A stretch of 63,453 nt of DNA, counting the filler, from Lenisia limosa (Eukaryota > Protista > Breviatea), in the NCBI GenBank assembly GCA_001655205.1. It is 18 parts of 18 records of this genome, joined end to end, with 100 filler letters (N's around TTAATTAATTAA, not from the genome) between each part and the next. Parts side by side here need not be neighbours in the genome. Positions count along the whole stretch, not along the records: positions 47,675 to 53,719 come from LPNZ01006421.1; positions 53,820 to 55,831 come from LPNZ01000715.1; positions 55,932 to 57,475 come from LPNZ01004436.1; positions 57,576 to 60,390 come from LPNZ01000674.1; positions 60,491 to 63,453 come from LPNZ01005527.1; 13 more parts are not named here. The stretch is one strand, 5' to 3'. The translations under genes and the position numbers were made by a program. Shown piece by piece: positions 49,748 through 61,035 of this stretch (the first letter of the stretch is position 1; each line of letters opens with the position of its first letter). Under the pieces are notes generated by a model. That model worked only from the letters and a program-made list of their open reading frames with translations, did not search any database and was not told the DNA's origin.

Positions 49748-51847
49748 ATCCCAGGGGGTGATGAGGGGGGTCTTACGGAGTTGAGGCCTTTTCGATTCAA
49801 ATCGCTGCAAAGTCTGCACTGAGCATTTGTAGTCTGAGAGCACTTGACTTTTTGGTATGCTTCAGAACCGCAAGTCGCACATGCTGGTCATTGTTATTCG
49901 GAATGAGTACCTCTCTCAATAGGTTGAGAACCCCCTCTCTCTCGCTCGACAAGGACGCTAAGTGAAAAAGAAACGACAGCACGTCATGGTTTTAATAATT
50001 GCTCATGACTCCCCTCTCTTTCTCTTTCTCACTCCCTCTCTCGTGACTCCTCCTCCCTCTCTATTTTTTGCTTTCTCTCTCTCTCTCAATATCTGTACAC
50101 ATACCCTCCCCCGCACACGTGTACAGTGACTGTTTCCGTTTTTGTCTCCATCCGCCATGTTGAACGTTCCTGCTTTGCATTTGCCACATGTGTCTCCTGC
50201 TAAATCTTCCCGTTTGCGATCAGAGCACAGAGCAAAAGTCTGGGGGATGAGCAATGGAGAGAAATTTGACAGAGAAATTTCTCATGAGAGCCGAATTGAT
50301 GCCCTGAAAGAAGGATAAATATCAATTGTTATCAAGTATCTCTCAAAGTTTCCGTCTGTATTTAGCTTAGTTTTTTCTGAATCCTGAATACTCCACCCCT
50401 CCCCACAGCATCTTGATACTTGGTACAGGCGGTGACAACATACTTTGTTGTCGGGCATTGTGTGCACTCTTTTGGGTAAAAATAATGGTTATTTAATTTT
50501 GAGAAATGAGAAAATATACTCTACATATCACCCTACAACTCAACAACCTCCCCAGCATGCGCAATAGTTATAATAAATACGTCGAAAAAAAAACAGAAGA
50601 TTTGGTAGACATGAATCTGGGTCAGTCAGTACAATAGAATAATATTATCACCTTGCCACAGTTGTATTTCATTTGTAGTTATGGTTTCACTTCTGCCAAA
50701 GAACGACAATACATCGACGAAGATTAACCAAGAAATTCAGTCTTCATTCGGATCAAAATGATGCATATTCTTCTCATCAAACTACCAGCCTCACCAGTGC
50801 ATTGAGCTGTACTAGAAATCCCTCCGTCTACTTTCGACCAATAGTTCGTCATGCACGCAGAACACATGTTTCCTAATTGGGAAAGGGGTGATTAGTTGCC
50901 TATTGGGGAGGAGATTGATTAGTTGCCTAATTGGGAAAGTCGAGTATTCGACGAAGGAGTATTCCTCTAATTCACAACCCTGGTACCGGGTTCGCCTCCT
51001 CTGAACTGAAGGGCACAATTTCGACATGCCAAATTGGTTGTGTTGGTGCATGCCGCCGTCATATACTGTTCGTCGATACACGAGGGCGTGCAGGCTGGGG
51101 GATAGGAATTCATCTCAAATCAAATAATCTGAAATTCCAAGCAAAAACAAAACAGTTCTGAGAGAAAAATACAATCAAACAATTGTGAGGAACAAAAACG
51201 AATGAAATGGGAGTAAAACGAAGGAAATTTAAATGACAAGAATACCAAGTCAACGCGCCGTAGTGTAATATCAGTGCATGTTAGACATGATATTTATTAG
51301 GATAGCGGCAATAGAGGATATTATATCATATAATGAGGAGTCATAAAGCAAGGCTGTATTTGGCTAAGGCCGTCCACACCATAAGAGATATTGGATTCAC
51401 CCAATCATTTGCCTTACAACTCTGTGCACACAGCTATTTGCGTGTCTCCCCATATACCTTGACATCTTGAAGTATGCCCTTCACTCGACTCTGAAGTGTG
51501 GAAAAACTCCGCCTAGATATGACCTCAGTTCATACAATGACCTTCTAAAAATATCGATAGGAAGATTTGATACCCTGAACCCCCGCGGCATGTATTAGTG
51601 CTAAATCACTCAAGTTACGCTCGGCTACGGTTATATTTGTCCTTGGACCTAACCTCCTTGATGATACAGTAACCGGGATGACATATTTGCTCAGAGTTAT
51701 TCCCTGGACCAACCAAGCATTCACCGCAGTAATGGCCATTCATGTTGCTGCGATTAATTGTGCTGCAGAGTTCGCAAACGTCACTCGCAACACCAATTGT
51801 ACAGGCTATGGACCGAAAGGTATCGGCTGCAATACACTTTTTGCAGT
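47780..51847 (-). CDS. Cys-rich modular (probably extracellular) protein, at least 6 related modules; may be a pseudogene
   Basis: Modules at 51847-51674, 51094-50987+50872-50795, 50468-50407+50239-50119, 49257-gap, 48419-48237 and ~47896-47790 share C-x2/3-C...AC....D..C..CS...R......C..C...C. The 49257 module has a 1-nt frameshift. Confidence 0.7.
49420..49745. repeat. (GAT)n compound microsatellite
   Basis: ~320 bp of GAT/GGT triplets, pure at the right end; lies between Cys modules. Confidence 0.95.
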
Positions 51848-51947
51848 CTAAATGCATATTAAGTGTGGGAGGAAAATCAACTACTTCAGGAAAGAGCCCT
51901 AGTCACTCGAAAAAGGATTATTTTCAATATTTCTAAGCACTGAATAT

Positions 51948-52052
51948 AGAGGAGAAATAAAACAAGGTTGTATCTGGCTGAAGCCGTCCACACAATCACG
52001 CTTTTAAGAGATATCAGATTATAGTATAATAATTCACCCAATCATCTGCCTT
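51948..52052 (+). repeat. Dispersed repeat family A (exemplar)
   Basis: Consensus GAGAAATAAAACAAGGTTGTATCTGGCCGAAGCCGTCCACACCATCACGC..AGAGATATTGGATTATAGT..AATTCACCCAATCATTTGCCTTACAACTCTGTGCACACAGCT. Copies at ~13640-, 14500+, 29000+, 31590+, 32213-, 33925+, 44070-, 51332+, 51948+, 53335+. Confidence 0.85.
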
Positions 52053-52687
52053 CGGTGCAATTAATGTTGTGAGGAAATTAATTGACAAATTGAAAAAACA
52101 AAAGTGTCTGAAATGGAATTCTGGCCACAATATGTCTAACTTCACATTTTGCAAATTATATGTATTGTATTTCAATTGTTCCACGAAGTCCTAGTTTTTT
52201 TGTCTAACTTCATTGTATTCACTTTTTTTTCTTTTTTTCCATTCACTCCTTTTGCTTCAACGAGCCTTTGAATATTTTGAATAAAACGTGTGCACAGAGT
52301 TATAACTTCATTAAAAACAAACTCTCATAATTGAATTGAATAACCAATTGAGAACCCCCCTCCCACCAGCAACGCATTTTGCGTCACGTGACCATCCATT
52401 TTTGGTGCTACACGTCAGAACATCGTCTATAAAAGGAAGTTCCATGGTTCCACAGTTGCCCTATATATGGGGTCAACAAAGACTGGTAGATATGAATATC
52501 CCTCATGGCAACTTTGAAAACCAGAAATATCCGTTAGCCAGGGATGGACTCGGATATAAGCTTTGATCTGAAAAAAGACTGAATTCCTCGAACTCGAAAA
52601 AAAAAATCATTACTATTTTTATTGGTCTTTTTTGGACCAAAGTGAAGCCCTACACCTCCAGATTGTTGCCTCACCACCACCACCGCT

Positions 52688-52845
52688 CACCTCCAGGTGC
52701 ATTTTGACTGAGTAATTGCCGAACTGCGTCGTTCGTTGAAGATCCGACATGAACAGCGAAACAACAGGGTCTGCTGAGGGGCCGGAGAATTCGCAGAGAT
52801 GGGCTGTGGAGATGATGTTATCCTTTGTCATTTCAGTGATATCAT
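52688..52845 (-). CDS. Isolated exon, possibly upstream part of the Cys-rich gene
   Basis: MTKDNIISTAHLCEFSGPSADPVVSLFMSDLQRTTQFGNYSVKMHLE ending at a GTGAGC donor. Confidence 0.3.
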
Positions 52846-53913
52846 GGGGTATTTCAAATACTCACATACGAAAACAACCCCTTTTCCGATCTTTGTCCTC
52901 AAACCTTCATTAAGATCATTTATTACGGTCTAAAGGTGTGAGAATAAGATACAAGTCTCATAGCAACTACTAACATAAAATAGTTATTGTTTTTTTTGCG
53001 TTTCGGACCAAAGTGATGGTACTAATACATTCCTCAAACCTCTAAATCTAACAAGTAAGCCATTGCCTGAGTCTGCATATCAAGAGTCTATGGTGTCAAT
53101 TAATCAATAGCCTAGTGTCAATTAAACATGGAATTTCGGGTATTCCAAATAAGTATGGTTTATTATTGAGTACTATTTGTGAAGCTCAATTTTGGTTCAA
53201 AAAAGAATATTTTCGATAAAACCTCAATAAGTATCGATATTTATCCGTGTTTTTTTGGATTAAAAGGGGAGCTTTAATAATCTGAAATCTGGCTTTGGCA
53301 CTATGGGAACTAACAATATTACTTGCCGAAGTTGTCCACACATTCACGTTTATAGGAGATATTGATTTTGTATCTGGCCAAACCCCATCACATTTTCACG
53401 GTGATAGAGATATTATTACATCAATTCACCCAATCATAATTCTGCTAAACATTTTGACATAGGTTCCAAATGACGAATACAAAACATTGATATGTATCGA
53501 GAGTTTATGAGTTACTTCAATAATTGAACCTGTGGGAAAGTTCAAACAAAGTACTAATATTATATTTTCCGTGCACCCACCCGATGCCCCAAAGCCACGG
53601 GAGTTCCGACCACGTCAAATTCAGTCTTTACTGCTGGCAACCTACAAGGTCAGGTTGTGTACCCAATGTCCTACACTCAACATGTTACCTTCAAGGACAA
53701 CTCCTTTGAACTGATATATNNNNNNNNNNNNNNNNNNNNNNNNNNNNNNNNNNNNNNNNNNNNTTAATTAATTAANNNNNNNNNNNNNNNNNNNNNNNNN
53801 NNNNNNNNNNNNNNNNNNNAACTTTTATCCCTCCTTCAGATTATCGTACCCCCGTTAAGTAGCTTTTTTTTTGTTTCCAAAACCATCCCACTTTTCCAAT
53901 TTAACATTCACAG

Positions 53914-55641
53914 CTGCCATGCTGCTGATGTAGTGTTTATGATTTCGGACCTTATCTCATCCGCGCCTCCCAACTTCTTTGTAAGTGGCTCTTTTAAAAA
54001 TGCGGAGTAAAACAATGGGTTTATGTTCAAAACATTGGATATCGTATGGAAAATATTATATTAATATATTTGTTTTCATAAACTCCACCGCTTATCCTTT
54101 AGACTGCCGAAGACGTTTTCCTTGGCATCCTTGCGGCGATCATTCATGATTTCAAGTGAGCTACGCTGCCGAATGGCTTCTTCATTTCAAGCCCAAATAA
54201 ATGTATAAACTCAACACAAGATCTTGTGTTATAAATTGGGGCGGGGTCAATTGTGTTGCTTTTAGTGTGTAGCGATGTCATATAACCTTACAGGCATCCT
54301 GCCACCAATAATTCCTTCCAAGTCAACACCCGATCTGAACTGGCCGTGCGCTACAACGACAGAAATGTTGGGGGTTGTTTTTCTGTGGAAATGAGAAATA
54401 GCATGGTTTTCTATTTGAATGTTGGACGAACTTTTATTCTAAGCCACTATTCTGTATCCCCCAACGTTGTGTATGATATACGATTAAATATGTTTTATAG
54501 GTGTTTTTATCTCATATAAATTTAAAGGTTTTGTAAGAGATGGATTATCACATTCAACCTCATATTTATTTTATTTATCCTTTATTCAAAGTTGTAGACT
54601 CATAGATTAATGTTGTATTAAGCCATAATTTGCAGTGTTGGGAAAGGTCTAAAGACCAAAACACCAGCCCACCATGGTGCCAGCCCTGTTGTCTGTTTAT
54701 ATCTCATAACAAGTTAAACAAGTTAGGGAATGTGGAGGGAGGGGCTCAAAAATTTCACGATAGAGGCTCTAAAAGTGAATGTAGAAGTACAAATCAAAAC
54801 AGGGTGACTTGTATAGTCCGGAATTGATTCTTTTTTTTCTTTTTCTTTTTCTCGAAATAAGGGTAAACCTTATTTCCTATTGTTTCCACGCAACCTTTGT
54901 CTGTTATTTCTTAAATAAAACCGTTGTTAAACACACTTCTGCACGCATACATAATTATGCATATATGTACTATACCCCCCCCCCTATCCCCATCTTGTAT
55001 ATCATTTCTACAATCATATTCTTTATTTTATCTTACCCAGGTTCTCGAGTCCTTCCACGTTGCTGAGTCCATCAGACTCATGGAGTCTAGCGAACTGCTC
55101 AATGTATTCTCCGGCTTTGCCCCTTCAGACAAAAAGAGGGTTGGCGGATTAGACTTCATACATTCTACCAATATTGCCTCAAGCAAAAAAAGAGGATTTG
55201 TAAACGAAAAAAAAAAATGCAGAAGCTGTCCACCCATGAAATGCTATGGATTTCTTTGGTATAGCATGTGTGTCAACCTGTTCCATACTTCTCTGACAAC
55301 GCTTAGATGAGAGATTTCCTCATTGAAATGGTTCTGGCTACTGACATGGCAAAACATTTCGAGATCGTGAATTCAGTAGGTGCAGGCAAGAAACTACTTT
55401 AAACGATATCATGTGATAAAGGGACGACATCTCTTATTGTATTGATTAGATAGCCTAATATAGAGGGGGGGGGCATGCCGATATGCATGAAACTGGTACT
55501 TAATGTTTGTTCTATTATTGTTTTATCTGTGCCACACATTTACCCTCTCCTCCCCCACAGTTCTCCACACAGCTTGCCTCAGAACAAGGCCTACATACCG
55601 AGGAGGATAAGCTCCTTGCCCTCTGCATGATCATCAAAATG
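53914..55641 (+). CDS. Class I 3',5'-cyclic nucleotide phosphodiesterase catalytic domain, partial
   Basis: CHAADV, LAAIIHDFK|HPATNNSFQVNTRSELAVRYNDRN|VLESFH, IEMVLATDMAKHF, ALCMIIKM: the HD-domain PDE motif order is intact across the introns. Confidence 0.92.
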
Positions 55642-55931
55642 GGTTAGCTGTGGAATGTCCGACAAACTCTGACTTCATGTATTTCGCTCCAATACTCACT
55701 TTACGTTCCAACTTATCGCACAACTCTTTTTCATCACTTTTGTGAATTATACATAACTATAATACCATATTATATAATATAATATTTTGATATGTATCAT
55801 ATGTGTATCGTTAGCTGATAAATGGGGCTCCNNNNNNNNNNNNNNNNNNNNNNNNNNNNNNNNNNNNNNNNNNNNTTAATTAATTAANNNNNNNNNNNNN
55901 NNNNNNNNNNNNNNNNNNNNNNNNNNNNNNN

Positions 55932-57170
55932 TTTCAAGGAGCCGTAAGCTGTCTTTCCTCCATCCAGCTCCTGGACCATGACAATGTCGGGACGGAACGC
56001 GTTCACTTCCGTCTGTAGTGTAAAAATGGATAATTAAAGAAAAAAGGTTAAAAAAAATTCTATAGGAAGAAAACAAAATCTTTTTATTTTTTACCACAGA
56101 CGTGAAAAAAAATTAATTTTTAGATGAGTCAAATATCTATATTTATCGAGAAAATTTAAGTCTTTTTTCAGGACCATTTAGATGCCTGATACTACCAACT
56201 AGGCTTCCCAGAGGTAAAAAAACACTGAGTTTAAGATAAATCCTCGATAAATATAGATATTTTGCCGGTCTTTTTTCTACTTAGCCCTTATACAAACCCC
56301 CACGAACAATAATTGCCTTTTTCCTATCGGAGAGCGGAAGAGGTCTCTCACAGCCCGGGGTGACATTGGAGCCGTGGGTGAGGTTATATGACAGCACCGT
56401 GACGGGCGGAACAGATTTGGGGTCTGTAGCTTCCTGAGCGGGGGTGGCCAGGATTCTTATTGGCAATCTTGGGGGTGGGGAAGTAAATTTGAAAAATTAT
56501 GAAACAAAAAAGCCCAAAATTAATTCTGTTGGCTGNNNNNNNNNNNNNNNNNNNNNNNNNNNNNNNNNNNNNNNNNNNNNNNNNNNNNNNNNNNNNNNNN
56601 NNNNNNNNNNNNNNNNNNNNNNNNNNNNNNNNNNNNNNNNNNNNNNNNNNNNNNNNNNNNNNNNNNNNNNNNNNNNNNNNNNNNNNNNNNNNNNNNNNNN
56701 TCGAAGCCACAGTTCAGTTCCTCTGCGGCGGCGTAGGCATCGATGACGTCATTGGGAAGGGTTGTCCTTGTGAAGTCGCCAACAGTGCGTTTGAATCCTG
56801 GGGGGTCCGTTATTATGATTAGGACACAAGATATGACAAGTAGGGCTGCACTTTAGTTTGAAAACAGACAGATTTCTCGACAAATCATATTATACGAAAA
56901 AACATGGTAATTTGTCTACCGTCGTGTATATATGTATTTGTTTCCCAAGATTTTGAATGTGTTTTATTTCTCTTGTTATAAAAAGTGAAGCCTTAATAAA
57001 ACAACATATCATCTGTACCAGTCCAACCTGTTTTTCAAAAAAAATATAATAATAATACAATGGGGGGTTCATAACAGTCCAACCTGTTTTTTGCGCCGTT
57101 TTACCAGAGCCACCAGTGTTCTTGGATCCACGGGATTTCTGTGCGTTTCCACGGACTCCGCCTTTTGCCT
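55932..57170 (-). CDS. Endonuclease/exonuclease/phosphatase (EEP) domain protein, CCR4/Angel-like N-terminal motifs, partial
   Basis: VTVLSYNL...DRKKAII|TEVNAFRPDIVMVQELD matches the SYN..PDI...QE.D signature; upstream exons at ~56700-56797 and ~57108-57170. Confidence 0.7.
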
Positions 57171-57358
57171 GGATGTTGAGGGGTATTGTGAGGAGAGAGA
57201 TATTATGTGAATGATGAAGGGATACTGGGGAGAGAGATTATGCGAATGATTAAGGGGAATTTTTGGATTATGAGGGATATTGTGAATATTGAGATGGTGG
57301 ATATGAGAGGGGATGGGGACACTGTGATGGGGGATTGATGTAAATGATGGGTGATATG

Positions 57359-57458
57359 TAGGGCTTCCCTATGGTCCCAAACAAGGCTGAATTTATCGAT
57401 AAATCCTTGATAAATATCGATATTTTATCGGTCTTTTTCGGATCGTAGGGAAGCCCTA
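57359..57458. mobile_element. Repeat family B: ~100-bp MITE-like element with ~20-bp TIRs (exemplar)
   Basis: TAGGGCTTCCCTATGGTCC...GGATCGTAGGGAAGCCCTA with an ATCGA-rich core. Copies at ~2874, 29344, 30340, 32066, 32442, 37195 (core), 45493, 45951, 46384, 52570, 53185, 56199, 57359, 61238. Confidence 0.85.
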
Positions 57459-57588
57459 GATGTTAGGGCAATATGNNNNNNNNNNNNNNNNNNNNNNNNN
57501 NNNNNNNNNNNNNNNNNNNTTAATTAATTAANNNNNNNNNNNNNNNNNNNNNNNNNNNNNNNNNNNNNNNNNNNNAAAGAAAACCCAC

Positions 57589-59344
57589 GTGGAATCGCGC
57601 GACTAAGGACTTGTTATTTTTCTTTCGCTTTGTCCGCCAGTACCTGAGGTATTAGATAACGTGAGGCAATCTATATTCAAAAAAGTATCAAGAAGAATCT
57701 TAATCGAGAGGAAATACAGAGAGTTCATGTCTGGTAAAGAGCAAAACGATTACAAAAAAGAGGGTAGTATAAACTGAAGGCAATTCCTGAAACTCTGGAA
57801 GAACAGCACACAACATAATCAAAAGAGCCCATCCTTCGTACTTGTAGACACAGTCGATGATAGGTTCGGGATACGTGAAGATTGCCTTCGCTCGCTTTGC
57901 TGTCACTACTTCGGTCTAGAGGATGAAAATGGGGTTATTTCCTTATGGTTATTAAGATTTCTCAAATCAAGGAAGAAGTGTTGTGAAAGCAGGATAAAGA
58001 AAGAGGGAACAGTAAGCCTGTTGGATATACCCCCCCTCCTCTAATGCGGACTGCTGTATTGAATTCTGACTAATGTGTAAAAAACAACCATCCGCAAACA
58101 TTGATTTCGAGTGGTTTTGTAAGGTCTGAGTGGGTCTTGAACGTATCGTATCCAGTTTCCTTCTCCAGACGATCAATCATCTTTTCGAGGGAATCTTCCG
58201 TCAATCGTTGCTTTAAAAGTTAGGCTGAACAAAGACCAACGACAGAAGTATCTATATTTCCTCCACATTGTCTACTTAAAGGGTGTTGACTCCCCCCCCC
58301 CACCTCGTGCTTGCGAAACATCTCAGAGTACTTGCTATTGGTGGCGGAAAGAAACTTAAGATCATCCTTAAAAGGTTACCTTTCTTATTCCCCAATCGTA
58401 GAAAAATCTTGAAAAGGGTTCTTTTCCCATACCTCGTCCAAACAGTAGTCAGTCTGTTCGTCCAAATCATCCAAAGAGGCCTCTCTAAGAACGTGAGAAT
58501 ACAGATAACGCAGACAACATCAGACCATCACCAATAGGTATGATCATTGCTCATAGATCAATAGATCACATTTGAAAGATGTAAAATTTAGCTTACGCAT
58601 GAGAGATGTAGGTCTGAGGGTCACGGACAAAAGGCTCCACAGGAAGAGCTGCATGAATGTTCACCTACCAAACTTTACAAAAAAAAATTTGTGAAGCTTT
58701 TTTAGGAGTTTACAAAGATCTGACAATGAGCCAAATGAATGAAAATGAGGAAGATTTGGCTTTAGCAAAACTCGTGAAAACCGAGCTAACCCCACATCTG
58801 CCATTAAAATCAAGCTCATAAAGGAATATTAAGAATATTGAACCCCAGAAGAGAAGAAAAGGTTAGTTGAAACGAAAAAGCTTACCACATTACACTTTGG
58901 AACAGGGATTTTGGCTTTGTGTGCGGTAGATTGCTCCTGAAGAATAGACTGGAGATGTGTTTCCTGAAAAAAGGTCAAAACACCGCCACACACAAGAAAT
59001 CCCTTAATTCACAAAAATCAGAAGACGCTTTTCGCTTCACCTCCGTCATAAAACAGAGTTAAATTCATAAATATCTTCAGTAATCCCCATAAACTGGAAA
59101 ACAATTTTTGGATGATCGTGAGGAGTGTCTCCGAAGAGCCAAAAATACCAAATTGCCTCAAATGGGCCAGAAATGAGTTCAACATCAATTAACAAACCTT
59201 CTCTTCATCCTTATCCATTCCTCGCTCGACATGGGTGAGGGGCTTTGACAAAGCGCTATAATCTGCGATTTTTGCCTCATCACGAAGTACCGAGATGGGC
59301 TGATTCCACTTAATGCCCCTCTTCTTGGTCGAGGAAGAGCTCAT
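57589..59344 (-). CDS. EPC: Enhancer of polycomb-like protein (NuA4 subunit), N-terminal part
   Basis: QPISVLRDE..HVERGMDKDEEK|ETHLQSIL..KIPVPK, FVRDPQTYI, EQTDYCLDE, SLEKMIDRLEKE, DCVYK|YWRTKRKKNNKSL: EPC motifs in the expected order; truncated at the scaffold edge. Confidence 0.85.
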
Positions 59345-59738
59345 ATTCGGAGTAATCCGAAAAAAAAAGTACTATTTATCTACCATGTGTCATTTTATAA
59401 TATAAAGACTACCCAATAAGACAAGGCTTCGCCATCAGAATCGACAAAAACGCAATGAAACTTTCTGCCAAAATCGATTTCAGACTAAATTGACTGAATA
59501 TTTGACTTCTAAAAAACCAAGCAATACATCTTAAACGAATCAAATTTATGTTAAATAAGTTATTTTTCAATAACTAATTGAAAGCTAAAGAACAAAGGTG
59601 ATATATGACATTCAACTCAAGGCTGTACGATATTACTGTTTCTCCTTTTTAACCCCATTTGTTGCAACCCATTGCTCTTCTCGCTTTTTTTCAAGAATAT
59701 TCAGTGTAAGAAATAACATATTTAGTTGATAAAGGAAA

Positions 59739-60091
59739 ATGAGGAGAGACAGGGAAATTGAATCAAGATCAGACTCTGATGGCGAACAGAGCAGGTGAGT
59801 CTCTGCAAGCTGGTCGATTCTTAGAGTAGTAAAAGATTCATGTTTACTTCATTAGCGTGGCTGAGGAAGAAGAAGCCACCCCCCAAATCTCAGAGCACAC
59901 CAAAGGAAAGATTACTGGATATCGCAAAGTAGAGTGTTTCAGGTTGGCTGATTTGGAATTATGGCACTTTTGTGTATTTTAATCACTCTAAGATGTGGTG
60001 GAGAGGGCCATACCAAGACCTTCTGCCCTTCCCGCCCTGACGCCAAGGAATACTATGCTGGAAAAGAAACCGAAGAATCCAAAAGTAGGCA
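59739..60091 (+). CDS. CCHC zinc-knuckle protein, 5' part
   Basis: MRRDREIESRSDSDGEQS|SVAEEEE..KVECFR|CGGEGHTKTFCPSRPDAKEYY: a complete C-x2-C-x4-H-x4-C is formed by splicing. Confidence 0.65.
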
Positions 60092-60914
60092 TGCAGAATA
60101 GGCAAGGTTCGTCCAAATGGACCTACAGCAGATTGTTTTCAAACTGTTTTTTTTTATTATTATTATTGTTATCGGTTCCTCCACTTCGATTGCGATTATC
60201 TCATAAAGTACAGTTTTGCAAGACACACTCAAAAACAGCAGCTAATAATTTAGCTTGACCAGCTTGGAAACTTGTTTCTCTGTATTTCTTTAAAGGAATT
60301 AGGTCTTAAACTCTTTTATCATGTTGACACATATCTTGTCACACAATTGGACAACTACTGAAAAAGGAAAAATATTATTTATGTTTCATTNNNNNNNNNN
60401 NNNNNNNNNNNNNNNNNNNNNNNNNNNNNNNNNNTTAATTAATTAANNNNNNNNNNNNNNNNNNNNNNNNNNNNNNNNNNNNNNNNNNNNTACACACACA
60501 TCTCATATTATAGCCACCACTTGTCTGCTCTCAAATTGGTGGCAAAATAAAGCGACTTTGCTAAAACTGCTCTTTTTTTGTAGTACACGAGTTATGGCAT
60601 GATAATATGTTGAGATGGAAAATATAACAAGGTGGCATAATAATATGCGCACAGAAATTCTTGATAGCTTGACCTAGGTGAAGGCCACTATTGTCAGATT
60701 TCTACGTCATAATCTAGCATTGATGCTCATGTATTTGAAGAATATTCGCTACATCATATTGTCCCTCCTCCAAAATAATTTTTTTAATATATATTAGCCA
60801 ATAACAACCTTCAGAAGGCCAAGCAGAAATAGACCTTCCAAGCCTCCCGAAACTCCAACAGCACAGCGACGACCTGTCTGAGGCTTTTTTGTTCCGATTT
60901 CTTTCACTTTTTGG

Positions 60915-61035
60915 AGTCATTTTCTCATGCTGTTTTATTGTCATTTTCTCATGCTGTTTTTACTCTCGTTTTCTGTTGCTGTTTCCAGTCATTTTTTAAT
61001 GTTTTTTTACTGTCATATTCTCATTTACTGTCATT
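60915..61035. repeat. Degenerate ~24-bp tandem repeat
   Basis: TGTCATTTTCTCATGCTGTTTTA units decaying rightwards. Confidence 0.65.

Noticed and set aside
49487-49843. Poly-Ile and poly-Met ORFs
   Set aside because: They are translations of the (GAT)n microsatellite.
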